DNA of 64,000 nt from Escherichia coli (GCF_003018115.1 NZ_CP027457.1), one strand, 5' to 3'. Numbered from the stretch's first letter, positions 8,471 through 19,001 are shown. A program made the numbers and translations. Notes: generated by a model from the sequence alone, not told the origin.

Positions 8471-9414
8471 ATTCTGAATTTGTTCATGCAGAATCGGTGA
8501 ACGTTCTCATCTGAGCGTTAAACGCCAATAATCATTGATCTACACTGATCATTAATACACCTTAATACCATTAGCGTCTTACTCCGTTATGAGAACAAAC
8601 GCGAACTTCCGCTGTTCGCTCAAAGCAGACCATTCGCTCAGTTAACGCATCAGTGTCGTGCTAGAAGTAGAAGTGGTTAACAACAATGTGAGTTAATCAA
8701 CGGAGAGCAGGTCAACTCTAACCTGTATCAAAAAACAAATGTGTCATAAAGATGCCGCATGCCTTAATTTGAGTATAATTGAGACGGAAGTAGACGGTTT
8801 ATGACTAGATATTGTTGATATATAGCTATTTGAAGAGTTGTAGCGCAAGCGCATAGCCCAAACTAATAACGCTACGCCCCTTATCAAAGAGCGGCAACGA
8901 TGCACAGCTCGCACGAGACAATATTCGCACAAGAAATCAGGTTCGGAAATAACCAGCTCTGGCATGGCGGGGAGAGTATCAATGGTCAGGCTTTCGGTAA
9001 GATGCGGCGGGATGAGGTCGGCGTGGGTTACAGCAGTACAAGGTCGCCCACAGAGGGTAAGCCACAGCGTGGAATCCTCGGTTTCTATCAGGGATTCGGC
9101 GAAGCGGGCGCAGTTGTCGACCAAGACGATGAAATCCATTGTGGCATTATAAGGGAACGAACAATAGATCGAGTAAATCGCAGTCAGGGACAAGGATTGT
9201 AGTCATAGAGAAGTCTCCTGTAACGGTTTTCAGGAGGCTAATCCCGACGCCTGATTTCGCAGGCGCGGAAAGAGAGGATACTGCGACCATTAATCCGCCA
9301 CAAGTCATTTACGTACATAAATCGCGCAGTCAGATCCGACTCCCACTGTAGTTCTTGAACTTGATACCACATTTAGCTAATTTAGCTAAATTATCCAGTA
9401 TACCAGTGGTTGCC

Positions 9415-9660
9415 ATGAATATGAATGAAGATGAGATTTATCGCCATATCCGGCAGGCACTTTCCAGTGCGCCGCGTAACCAGTACACCGTCGAGCTACA
9501 CCTGCAAATGATTAAATATGCCGACGAACTGGAACACATTACGGCAAAAGCCTTTTGCGAAGGCACCGGTCTGAGCCAGAGCCTCGGTACCGAATTCAGC
9601 AAAATGCGTAACTTAACCCGTCGGTTGAAGGCCGCCGGTCTGAATACCGATCTGCTGTAA
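9415..9660 (+). CDS. small hypothetical protein immediately upstream of hsdM
   Basis: ORF 9355-9660 has protein-like composition but no convincing Shine-Dalgarno before TTG 9355 or ATG 9415/9421; ends 40 nt before hsdM. Confidence 0.3.
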   Translation: MNMNEDEIYRHIRQALSSAPRNQYTVELHLQMIKYADELEHITAKAFCEGTGLSQSLGTEFSKMRNLTRRLKAAGLNTDLL

Positions 9661-9699
9661 CCGACTTACGGCAGATTATCGCGCAAAACGAGATATTTA

Positions 9700-12138
9700 A
9701 TGGCTATCAAAAAAACCGAACTCTATTCTTCCCTGTGGGCAAGCTGCGACGAACTGCGTGGCGGGATGGACGCCAGCCAGTACAAAGACTATGTACTGAC
9801 CCTGCTGTTTATGAAGTACGTTTCCGATAAGTATAAAGGCGATCCTTACGGGATGATCGTGATACCCAAAGGAGCCAGCTTTGACGATATGGTTGCGCTG
9901 AAAAATGACAAAGAGATCGGCGACAAAATCAACAAAATCATCCACAAGCTGGCGGAAGAGAACGGCCTGAAGGGCGTCATCGACGAAGCCGACTTTAACG
10001 ACGAAGATAAGCTCGGCAAAGGCAAGGAAATGATTGACCGCCTGAGCAAGCTTGTCGGTATCTTTGAAGGGTTAGATCTCTCCAGCAACCGGGCCGAAGG
10101 CGACGATCTGTTGGGCGATGCCTATGAATATCTGATGCGTCACTTCGCAACCGAATCCGGCAAGAGTAAAGGGCAGTTTTACACTCCGGCGGAGGTGTCA
10201 CGTATTCTGGCGAAGGTGATTGGTATTACTCCCGATACGCCGCGAGATGCAACGGTTTATGACCCAACCTGTGGCTCTGGTTCGCTGCTGTTGAAAGTGA
10301 ATGATGAAGCCCGGCGCGGACTATCGATTTTCGGCCAGGAGATGGATAACGCTACCAGTGCACTGGCGCGGATGAACATGATTCTGCATAACAATGCCAC
10401 CGCGAAAATCTGGCAGGGTAATACGCTGAGCGATCCGCAGTGGAAAGAGGCGAACGGCAAACTGAAAGCCTTCGATTTTGCCGTGGCGAACCCGCCTTTT
10501 TCCAATAAAAACTGGACCAACGGGTTGACGCCGAAAAAAGATCCGTTTGAACGCTTCGGCTGGGGCATTCCGCCGGAGAAAAACGGCGATTATGCTTTTT
10601 TGCTGCATATCATTAAAAGCCTGAAAAGTACCGGCAAAGGCGCGGTGATCCTGCCCCATGGCGTACTGTTTCGCGGTAACGCCGAGGCAAATATCCGTGA
10701 AAATCTAATCAAGCAGGGCTATATCAAAGGCGTTATTGGTTTGCCGGCCAACCTGTTTTACGGCACCGGCATCCCGGCGTGCATTATTGTGATTGATAAA
10801 GAGCACGCCCACAGCCGCAAAGGCATTTTTATGATCGACGCCAGTCGGGGCTTTATCAAAGATGGCAACAAGAACCGCCTGCGTAGCCGAGATATTCACC
10901 GCATTGTGGACGTGTTCAACCATCAGCGAACGGTGCCGGGCTACAGCCGGATGGTGCCCTCCAGCGAGATCGCCGGAAATGATTACAACCTGAATATTCC
11001 TCGCTATATCGAGAGCGGCGAGCCGGAAGATTTGCACGATCTGACCGCGCACTTACAGGGCGGTATTCCAGCACGCGATGTGGATGCTTTGCAGGATTAC
11101 TGGCGGGTATTCCCTGCCCTGCGCAACGTGCTGTTTGCTGACGACCGTTCCGGTTACTGTCGGGCGCAGGTGAACGCGCAGCAGGTGAAACCAACCATTC
11201 TGGCACATCAGGAGTTTAAGGATTTTGCCACCCGCAGCCTGCTACCGTTTAAAGCGTGGGTGAAAGAGGCAAGTCTGGAAGAGATTCGCAAAGGTGATAA
11301 ACCCAAAGCGCTGATCCACGATATCAGCGAGATGTTGCTTGTGCAGTACGCCAACAGTGAGTTGCTGAACAAGTACAGCGTGTACCAGATCCTGATGGAT
11401 TACTGGGCTGATGTCATGCAGGACGATGTGTATGTGATTATGCAGGATGGCTGGCAAGCCGCCGCGCAAATCCGCGAGCTTCAACCGGTGAAAGGCAAAG
11501 ATGGCAAAAACATCTGGAAAGAAACGCACGATTTCGAGTTTACCAAACAGCGCTACAAGGCCGATGTGCTACCCCGTTCACTAGTGGAAATTCGCTGCTT
11601 CCCGGAACTGCTGGATACGTTGAACCGCGCGCAGGAGCGCAGTGAAGAAGCCAGTCGTCAGCTAGCGGAACTCATCGAGGAGCAGGCAGGGGAAGAGGAT
11701 CTGCTGGCTGAGGCGAAGAACGATAAAGATAAGGTGACGCAAAAGCTGGTGAATGCCCGTCTGGCACAGTTGAAGAAAACCCCTGCCGACCCAGATGAGC
11801 TGGCAGTGCTGAACCGCTGTCTGGCGCTGATTAAGGCCGAGGCCAGTGCGAAAAAAGCGCTGAAAGCCGCACAGGAAGCGTTGGATCGAGCGGTATTTAA
11901 ACATTATCCCACGCTGGATGAAACAGCGATTAAAACGCTGGTAGTGCAGGATAAGTGGCTGGCAACGTTGCAGGCAGGAATCAAGGCGGAGATTGAGCGT
12001 ATTACCCAGCAACTGGCGTCGCGCGTAAAGGAGCTGGAAGAGCGTTATGCTGAACCGTTGCCAGCGCTTGAAGCCTCCGTTGAGGCGTTGAGCGAGAAAG
12101 TGGCCGGGCATTTGCGGGCGATGGGGCTGGAGTGGTGA
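9700..12138 (+). CDS. hsdM: type I restriction-modification N6-adenine DNA methyltransferase subunit, long form (812 aa)
   Basis: N-terminal HsdM signature LWASCDELRGGMDASQYKDYVLTLLFMKYVSD, AdoMet motif DPTCGSGSLL, catalytic NPPF; about 300-aa C-terminal extension rich in charged/coiled-coil-like residues. Confidence 0.95.
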   Translation: MAIKKTELYSSLWASCDELRGGMDASQYKDYVLTLLFMKYVSDKYKGDPYGMIVIPKGASFDDMVALKNDKEIGDKINKIIHKLAEENGLKGVIDEADFNDEDKLGKGKEMIDRLSKLVGIFEGLDLSSNRAEGDDLLGDAYEYLMRHFATESGKSKGQFYTPAEVSRILAKVIGITPDTPRDATVYDPTCGSGSLLLKVNDEARRGLSIFGQEMDNATSALARMNMILHNNATAKIWQGNTLSDPQWKEANGKLKAFDFAVANPPFSNKNWTNGLTPKKDPFERFGWGIPPEKNGDYAFLLHIIKSLKSTGKGAVILPHGVLFRGNAEANIRENLIKQGYIKGVIGLPANLFYGTGIPACIIVIDKEHAHSRKGIFMIDASRGFIKDGNKNRLRSRDIHRIVDVFNHQRTVPGYSRMVPSSEIAGNDYNLNIPRYIESGEPEDLHDLTAHLQGGIPARDVDALQDYWRVFPALRNVLFADDRSGYCRAQVNAQQVKPTILAHQEFKDFATRSLLPFKAWVKEASLEEIRKGDKPKALIHDISEMLLVQYANSELLNKYSVYQILMDYWADVMQDDVYVIMQDGWQAAAQIRELQPVKGKDGKNIWKETHDFEFTKQRYKADVLPRSLVEIRCFPELLDTLNRAQERSEEASRQLAELIEEQAGEEDLLAEAKNDKDKVTQKLVNARLAQLKKTPADPDELAVLNRCLALIKAEASAKKALKAAQEALDRAVFKHYPTLDETAIKTLVVQDKWLATLQAGIKAEIERITQQLASRVKELEERYAEPLPALEASVEALSEKVAGHLRAMGLEW

Positions 12139-13445
12139 TGGTGGATTTAATGGTGAATGAGCAACGATCAGGTACGGCGGGGAAAGATGTGCCTGCGGGG
12201 TATAAGCTGACTGAGGTGGGGGTGATTCCTGAGGATTGGGTAGTAATCTCTATTGATGACTGTACAACCAAAGTTGGTAGTGGAAAAACACCAACTGGTG
12301 GAGCATCTGTTTATATTGATAGCGGACGCCCTTTTGTCCGTAGCCAAAATGTTGATTGGGGAAGATTAGATCTCGCCGATGTCGTACATATTACAGATGA
12401 AACCCATAACACATTCTCTGGTTCTGAAATTCAGCAAGATGATGTTTTACTCAACATAACGGGAGCATCTATCGGCCGATGCGCTAAAGCTGATTTTAGG
12501 GTTATAGGTGGTAATGTTAACCAACATGTTTGCATCATCAGAACAGAGGCAAAAAAACTCTCCCCATCCTTACTGGTTGAATTAATCAATTCAAATTATG
12601 GACAAAACCAGATTGATAGTTATCAAGCCGGAGGAAACAGAGAAGGACTGAATTTTTCTCAAGTTAAAAATCTTAAGTTTGCTATTACACCAAACTCCCT
12701 TGAACAAACGGAAATTGTCAGAACATTAAATGATATTAATGCATTCACTCTCGCTCTGGAAAACTTAATTGCTAAAAAACAGGCCATAAAAGCCGCTGCT
12801 ATGCAACAACTACTCACCGGTAAAACCCGTTTGCCGCAGTTTGCGTTGCGCAAAGATGGATCTGCTAAGAGATATAAAAAGAGCAAGTTGGGGGAGACTC
12901 CAGAAGATTGGGCAGTTAATAATATTGGAGATTTATTCTCCATTACCGCAGGAGGAGATTTAAGACAGTCTGAATTCTCTAATATTCAATCTGAAAAACA
13001 TCTTTACCCTATTTATTCCAATGCAATTAGTCATTATGGTTTATATGGCTATTGCCAGAGTTATGATTATGTTGGTGACTATCTAACAATCACTGCGAGG
13101 GGAGGAATCGGCCATGCCGTGGCAAGAAAAGGAAGATTCTGTGCAATTGGACGATTATTAGTTCTTAGTCCAAAAGGAGATTCAAACGTAAAATTTTATG
13201 AAGGGTATATAAACCAATACTTATCATTTGCAAATGAGAGCACTGGAGTCCCTCAACTTACAGCTCCTCAAGTTGCAAAATATCCGGTTGTTTCCCCATG
13301 CATTGAAGAACAAACCGCCATCGCCACCATCCTCTCCGATATGGACAAGGAAATTCAGACCCTGCAACAACGTCTGGACAAAACCCGTCAGCTTAAACAG
13401 GGGATGATGCAGGAGCTGTTAACCGGGAAAACACGCTTAATATAA
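12138..13445 (+). CDS. hsdS: type I restriction-modification specificity subunit with two target-recognition domains
   Basis: Two AT-rich variable blocks separated and followed by conserved LTGKTRL repeats ([13 protein letters not shown] and [11 protein letters not shown]); ATG at 12138 overlaps the hsdM TGA (TGATG). Confidence 0.9.
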   Translation: MVDLMVNEQRSGTAGKDVPAGYKLTEVGVIPEDWVVISIDDCTTKVGSGKTPTGGASVYIDSGRPFVRSQNVDWGRLDLADVVHITDETHNTFSGSEIQQDDVLLNITGASIGRCAKADFRVIGGNVNQHVCIIRTEAKKLSPSLLVELINSNYGQNQIDSYQAGGNREGLNFSQVKNLKFAITPNSLEQTEIVRTLNDINAFTLALENLIAKKQAIKAAAMQQLLTGKTRLPQFALRKDGSAKRYKKSKLGETPEDWAVNNIGDLFSITAGGDLRQSEFSNIQSEKHLYPIYSNAISHYGLYGYCQSYDYVGDYLTITARGGIGHAVARKGRFCAIGRLLVLSPKGDSNVKFYEGYINQYLSFANESTGVPQLTAPQVAKYPVVSPCIEEQTAIATILSDMDKEIQTLQQRLDKTRQLKQGMMQELLTGKTRLI

Positions 13446-13456
13446 AAGGGAAACCT

Positions 13457-14107
13457 ATGACTACAGCGCCAGCCTCAATCCGCAAAAAGCCCTGATCTGG
13501 CGTATCGTCCATCGGGACAATATCCCGTGGATTCTGGACAATGGTCTGCACTGCGGCAACAGCCCGGTGCAGGCTGCTAACTGGATCAATATCGGCAACC
13601 CGGAGCTTATCGGCAAGCACGCCGGACATCCGGTACCTGTCGGGACGGGCGGGACACTGCGTGACTATGTGCCATTTTATTTTACCCCCTTCTCGCCAAT
13701 GCTGATGAACATCCACAGCGGACGTGGCGGCATTAAGCAACGCCCCAATGAAGAGATCGTTATTCTGGTCAGCAGCCTGCGGCACGTGGCAGCACACGAC
13801 GTGCCCTTCGTGTTTACCGACAGCCATGCTTACTATAACTGGACCAACTACTACACCAGTCTGGATAGTCTGGACCAGATCGACTGGCCCATTTTGCAGG
13901 CACGGGACTTTCGCCGCGATCCAGACGATCCGGCTAAATTTGAACGCTATCAGGCAGAGGCGCTAATCTGGCAACACTGCCCGATCTCGCTGCTGGATGG
14001 GATAATTTGTTACAGCGAAGAGGTCAGGTTACAATTAGAACAATGGTTGTTTCAGCGTAATCTAACAATGTCCGTTCACACACGGGCTGGATTGGTACTT
14101 CTCATGA
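13457..14107 (+). pseudogene. darT: DarT-like (DUF4433) DNA ADP-ribosyltransferase gene, reading frame disrupted as read
   Basis: ATG 13457 with AAGGG upstream opens a frame that stops after 12 codons; DarT-like sequence ([46 protein letters not shown]) continues in the -1 frame from about 13459 to 14103; the original frame resumes for the last codons before a TGA that overlaps the darG ATG (ATGA at 14104-14107). Confidence 0.55.
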
Positions 14108-15171
14108 TCACATATACACAAGGCAATTTACTGGACGCACCGGTGGAAGCTCTGGTGAATACGGTTAATACCGTCGGTGTCATGGGGAAAGGCATCGCGT
14201 TGATGTTTAAAGAGCGCTTCCACGAAAATATGAAAGCCTATGCCCTCGCCTGCAAACAAAAGCAGGTGATCACCGGCAAAATGTTCATTACCGAAACCGG
14301 GGAACTGATGGGACCGCGCTGGATTGTTAATTTTCCGACCAAACAGCACTGGCGCGCTGACTCCCGCATGGGGTGGATTGAAGATGGCTTACAAGACTTA
14401 CGTCGATTTTTGATTGAAGAGAACGTGCAATCCATCGCCATTCCACCGCTGGGCGCAGGCAACGGTGACTTGAACTGGCCGGACGTTCGGGCGCAGATTG
14501 AATCTGCCCTTGGCGACCTTCAGGACGTTGATATCCTGATTTACCAACCAACTGAAAAATACCAGAACGTTGCCAAAAGCACTGGCGTAAAAAAGCTCAC
14601 TCCCGCCAGAGCCGCCATCGCTGAACTGGTGCGTCGCTACTGGGTATTGGGGATGGAGTGCAGCCTACTGGAAATCCAGAAACTGGCCTGGCTGTTACAA
14701 CGCGCCCTTAAGCAGCATCAACAGGACGATATCCTCAAACTGCGGTTTGAAGCTCACTATTATGGCCCCTATGCGCCCAATCTGAACCATCTGCTTAATG
14801 CGCTGGACGGCACCTATCTTAAAGCCGAGAAACGCATCCCGGACAGCCAACCGCTGGATGTGATCTGGTTTAACGATCAGAAAAAAGAACACGTTAATGC
14901 GTATCTGAACAGCGAAGCCAGAGAGTGGCTACCGGCGCTGGAGCAGGTCAGCCAGTTAATTGACGGCTTTGAATCGCCGTTTGGTCTGGAGCTGCTGGCA
15001 ACCGTAGACTGGTTGCTGAGCCGTGGCGAATGTCAACCAACACTGGATTCCGTTAAGGAAGGGCTGCACCAGTGGCCTGCGGGCGAACACTGGGCCAGCC
15101 GTAAGTTGAGGCTGTTTGATAATAATAATCTGCAATTTGCCATTAACCGCGTAATGGAGTTCCATTGCTGA
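14104..15171 (+). CDS. darG: DarG-like macrodomain protein (predicted antitoxin / ADP-ribosyl hydrolase)
   Basis: [39 protein letters not shown] with IPPLGAGNG is a macrodomain signature matching my recollection of DarG; as read it is fused in frame to the upstream DarT-like region (track ORF 13567-15171). Confidence 0.7.
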   Translation: MITYTQGNLLDAPVEALVNTVNTVGVMGKGIALMFKERFHENMKAYALACKQKQVITGKMFITETGELMGPRWIVNFPTKQHWRADSRMGWIEDGLQDLRRFLIEENVQSIAIPPLGAGNGDLNWPDVRAQIESALGDLQDVDILIYQPTEKYQNVAKSTGVKKLTPARAAIAELVRRYWVLGMECSLLEIQKLAWLLQRALKQHQQDDILKLRFEAHYYGPYAPNLNHLLNALDGTYLKAEKRIPDSQPLDVIWFNDQKKEHVNAYLNSEAREWLPALEQVSQLIDGFESPFGLELLATVDWLLSRGECQPTLDSVKEGLHQWPAGEHWASRKLRLFDNNNLQFAINRVMEFHC

Positions 15172-15189
15172 GGGTTTAAGGAGCGCCTT

Positions 15190-18100
15190 TTGAGTACCGT
15201 GGGCCAGCGCGAACGCGCCACACAGCAGCGTCTGATTCAGTTTTTTGTTGAAGATTTAGGTTACCGCCATCTGAGTCACCGCACCGGGTACACCGGGAAC
15301 AGCAACATCGACACTAATATACTGAGCGCGTGGCTAAAACGGCGCGGCGTTAATGATACGTTGATCACCCGGGCGTTGCGGCAACTGGATTCCGCCGCCG
15401 CTCTGGGCGAAGGCAAAAAACTCTATTACGCCAATAAAGAGGTCTATCGCCTGCTACGTTACGGCGTGAAAGACAAAGAAGGCGCAGGCGAGCAGAACCA
15501 AACCGTGTGGCTGATTGACTGGGCCAACCCACAAGCCAATGATTTCGCCATCGCCGATGAGGTGACGGTCAAAGGCGAGTACTGCAAGCGCCCGGATCTG
15601 GTGCTGTACGTTAACGGCATTGCGCTGGGCGTGATTGAACTTAAGCGTTCGTCAGTGCACGTCAGCGAAGGCATCCGGCAGAATCTCGATAATCAAAAGA
15701 AAACCTTTATCCGCGATTTCTTCACCACTATGCAGTTAGTGATGGCGGGCAACGATACGCAGGGCCTGCGCTACGGCACCATCGAAACCCCGGAAAAATA
15801 CTATCTGGAGTGGAAAGAAGATAATCCAGGCGACTATACACATAAACTCGACTTTCATTTAAGTCGTCTGTGTAGCAAATCCAGGCTGTTGGATATCGTC
15901 CATAATTACATTGCCTTTGATGTCGGAGTGAAAAAACTCTGCCGCCATAATCAGTTCTTCGGCGTCGAGGCGGCTAAACAACATATTGCCCGTCGTGAAG
16001 GCGGTATTATCTGGCACACACAGGGATCGGGTAAAAGCCTGACGATGGTCTGGCTGGCGAAGTGGATCCGTGAAAATGTGCCAAACTCCCGCGTGTTGAT
16101 TGTGACTGACCGCACCGAACTGGATGAACAGATCGAAAGCGTGTTTATGGGCGTGAATGAAGATATTTATCGCACCTCCAGCGGCAACGATCTTATCGCA
16201 ACGCTCAATCATCCTAACCCGTGGCTCATTTGCTCGCTGGTGCATAAATTTGGTCGTCGCAGCGAAGCTGAAGACAATGCGGCTACCGACGCCTTTATCA
16301 CCGAATTACAGCAGTCCCTGACGAAAACATTCCGCGCCAAAGGCGATCTGTTTGTTTTTGTGGACGAGTGCCACCGCACACAATCCGGCAAGCTGCATAA
16401 CGCCATGACTGCCATTCTGCCGGACGCCCTGTTTATCGGTTTTACCGGCACACCGCTGATGAAGAAAGATAAGAAGAAGTCGGTTGAGGTGTTCGGCCCT
16501 TATATCCATACCTATAAATTTGATGAAGCGGTGGCCGACGGTGTGGTGCTGGATCTGCGCTACGAGGCACGCGATATTGACCAGTATCTGACATCAGAGA
16601 AAAAGGTCGATGACTGGTTTGAAGCCAAGACTCGCGGTTTGTCGAATTTAGCCAGGACCCAGCTTAAGCAAAAGTGGGGATCAATGCAGAAGCTGCTCTC
16701 CAGCAAGTCGAGGCTGGAGCAGATCGTTAACGACATTTTGCTGGATATGGATACCCGTCCACGCCTGATGGACGGGCGCGGCAACGCCATGCTGGTATGC
16801 AGCAGTATCTATCAAGCCTGCAAGGTTTACGAGATGTTCAGCCAGACCGAGCTGGCAGGAAAAGTAGCGATTGTGACCAGCTATCGCCCCGATGCCGCCA
16901 GCATCAAAGGCGAAGAAACGGGCGAAGGGTTAACGGAGAAACTCTCTAAACACGCCACCTATCGTAAAATGTTGGCTGACTATTTTGAACAAAGTGAAGA
17001 GAAGGCCGCCGCACGCATTACCGAGTTCGAGCGGGAAGTGAAACAGCGTTTTATTGAAGAGCCGGGGCAAATGCGCCTGCTTATCGTGGTGGATAAGCTG
17101 CTGACTGGCTTTGACGCGCCGTCCGCCACCTATCTCTACATTGATAAAACCATGACCGACCATACGCTGTTTCAGGCGATTTGTCGGGTGAACCGGCTGG
17201 ACGGTGAGGATAAAGAGTATGGCTATATTATCGATTATAAAGATCTGTTCCGTTCGCTGGATAAAGCGATTACCGATTACACCACGGGCGCGTTTGATGA
17301 TTACGATCGGGACGATGTGGCCGGGTTGCTGAAAGACAGGCTGGAGCAGGCGCAACTGGATCTCGACAGCGCGCTGGAGATGGTTCGCAGCTTATGTGAA
17401 CCCGTCAAAACCCCGCGCAGCCTGCAGGACTATCAGCACTATTTTTGCGGTGAATCAGGAGAGAATCAGACTTCGTTAAACGAAAAAGAGGCGCTGCGCC
17501 TGACATTTTACCAGTGCGTCGCCCGTCTGCTACGCGCTTATGCCAGCATCGCCAATGAAATGCCGGAAGCAGGCTACACTGCCGAAGAGGTAGAGAGCAT
17601 TCGCGCCGAAGTCGCTGAATTCGAAAAACTGCGCTATGAGATTAAGCTGACCAGCGGCGATCTTCTGGATATGAAGCGCTTTGAACCCGCTATGCGTCAT
17701 TTACTGGATATGTATGTTCGCGCCGATGATAGCGAAGTGCTGATGGATTTTGAAGAGTTAAGTCTGATTGAACTGATTGTCGAGAAAGGCTTGGCGGCGA
17801 CCGTCGCCCTGCCGGATGATATCCGTAATAATCAGGATGCGATGGCGGAAACCATCGAAAACAACGTGCGCAAAACCATCGTGGATGAAAACCCGGTTAA
17901 CCCAAAATACTATGGACGCATGTCGCAGCTGCTGGATGAACTGATTACCCTTCGCCGACAAAATGCGCTCAATTATCAGCAGTATCTGGAACGTATCCGC
18001 GATTTGTGTAAACAAGTCATCCGCCCGGAGCAAACCGCCGGAGCGTGCTACCCTGCCACCATGGATACACAAGCAAAGCGCGCCTTCTATGATAACTTCG

Positions 18101-18285
18101 GCCACGACGAGGTACTGGCGACCCGCATAGATACGACGATTCGCTATACCAAAAGGGCAGAGTGGATTGGCGATCGTTTTAAAGAACGGGAAATTGCCAA
18201 CGCATTACGTGAAGAGACCGCCAGCTATAATATTGATATTGATGAGGTGATAGCGCTTGCCCGTCAGCAGAAGGAATATCACTGA
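15190..18285 (+). CDS. hsdR: type I restriction-modification restriction subunit (SF2 helicase/nuclease)
   Basis: 1031 aa; helicase motifs HTQGSGKSLT, VFVDECHRTQ, FIGFTGTP; apparent TTG start at 15190 with AAGGAG eight nt upstream. Confidence 0.93.
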   Translation: MSTVGQRERATQQRLIQFFVEDLGYRHLSHRTGYTGNSNIDTNILSAWLKRRGVNDTLITRALRQLDSAAALGEGKKLYYANKEVYRLLRYGVKDKEGAGEQNQTVWLIDWANPQANDFAIADEVTVKGEYCKRPDLVLYVNGIALGVIELKRSSVHVSEGIRQNLDNQKKTFIRDFFTTMQLVMAGNDTQGLRYGTIETPEKYYLEWKEDNPGDYTHKLDFHLSRLCSKSRLLDIVHNYIAFDVGVKKLCRHNQFFGVEAAKQHIARREGGIIWHTQGSGKSLTMVWLAKWIRENVPNSRVLIVTDRTELDEQIESVFMGVNEDIYRTSSGNDLIATLNHPNPWLICSLVHKFGRRSEAEDNAATDAFITELQQSLTKTFRAKGDLFVFVDECHRTQSGKLHNAMTAILPDALFIGFTGTPLMKKDKKKSVEVFGPYIHTYKFDEAVADGVVLDLRYEARDIDQYLTSEKKVDDWFEAKTRGLSNLARTQLKQKWGSMQKLLSSKSRLEQIVNDILLDMDTRPRLMDGRGNAMLVCSSIYQACKVYEMFSQTELAGKVAIVTSYRPDAASIKGEETGEGLTEKLSKHATYRKMLADYFEQSEEKAAARITEFEREVKQRFIEEPGQMRLLIVVDKLLTGFDAPSATYLYIDKTMTDHTLFQAICRVNRLDGEDKEYGYIIDYKDLFRSLDKAITDYTTGAFDDYDRDDVAGLLKDRLEQAQLDLDSALEMVRSLCEPVKTPRSLQDYQHYFCGESGENQTSLNEKEALRLTFYQCVARLLRAYASIANEMPEAGYTAEEVESIRAEVAEFEKLRYEIKLTSGDLLDMKRFEPAMRHLLDMYVRADDSEVLMDFEELSLIELIVEKGLAATVALPDDIRNNQDAMAETIENNVRKTIVDENPVNPKYYGRMSQLLDELITLRRQNALNYQQYLERIRDLCKQVIRPEQTAGACYPATMDTQAKRAFYDNFGHDEVLATRIDTTIRYTKRAEWIGDRFKEREIANALREETASYNIDIDEVIALARQQKEYH

Positions 18286-19001
18286 TGCCAATCATGCAAA
18301 TAGGCTCGTTACACTTGCTGGTCAACCGTAAGGCGATTAAGAATCTGCATATCAGCGTGCTGCCGCCTGATGGCAAAGTCCGCGTTTCAGCGCCGGAACA
18401 TATGACGGAGACGGCGATTCGTATGGCGGTTGCTTCACGCTTTCGCTGGATCAGAAAACAGCAGCAGGATTTCGCCAGACAGCCTCGTCAATCAGAGAGG
18501 GAAATGGTCAGCGGAGAGTGCCACTATCTTTGGGGCCGAAGATATCGCCTACTTGTGATTGAGCGTCACGGGCGTCACGAAGTAAAAGTTGCGGGAAATA
18601 ATAAGCTCCAGCTTTATGTTCAACCGGGAACCCGTGATGAAAATAAGGCATTGGCGTTAAGTGAATTTTATCGACATGAACTAAAACAGCAGGTGGCTAA
18701 GCTTCTACCTGAATGGCAGGACCGAATCGGTGTTCCCCTAACATTCTGGGGCATCAAAAAGATGAAAACCTTTTGGGGCACCTGTAACACTACAACAAAA
18801 CGAATCTGGCTCAATCTGGAGCTAATTAAGAAGCCGCCGGAGTGTCTGGAGTATATTCTGGTGCATGAACTGGTTCATCTTCTGGAACGTCACCATAATG
18901 CTCGCTTCCGGTTGCATATGGATCGGTTTATTCCTGACTGGCGTGAGCGTCGGGATTTGTTAAATAATATGCCGTTAGCGTTTGAGGCATGGGAGTATTG
19001 A
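18285..19001 (+). CDS. HExxH zinc metallopeptidase (M48/DUF45-like) coupled to hsdR
   Basis: HELVHLLE motif; ATG overlaps the hsdR stop (TGATG at 18283-18287). Confidence 0.8.
   Translation: MPIMQIGSLHLLVNRKAIKNLHISVLPPDGKVRVSAPEHMTETAIRMAVASRFRWIRKQQQDFARQPRQSEREMVSGECHYLWGRRYRLLVIERHGRHEVKVAGNNKLQLYVQPGTRDENKALALSEFYRHELKQQVAKLLPEWQDRIGVPLTFWGIKKMKTFWGTCNTTTKRIWLNLELIKKPPECLEYILVHELVHLLERHHNARFRLHMDRFIPDWRERRDLLNNMPLAFEAWEY

Noticed and set aside
8744-9202. Overlapping opposite-strand ORFs (149 aa minus, 100 aa plus) between the dGTPase gene and hsdM
   Set aside because: The two are mutually exclusive and neither has a convincing start context or motif; possibly a decayed gene remnant. 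The 1.3-kb gap remains unexplained.
10257-12111. Minus-strand ORFs inside hsdM
   Set aside because: Antisense shadows of a gene with clear methyltransferase motifs.
13567-15171. Treating the 534-codon track ORF as one ordinary gene starting at GTG 13567
   Set aside because: DarT-like homology extends upstream of 13567 with no in-frame start, and a canonical start (13457) and stop/ATGA overlap (14104-14107) exist in the adjacent frame; reported instead as a disrupted darT plus darG, with the fusion reading noted.
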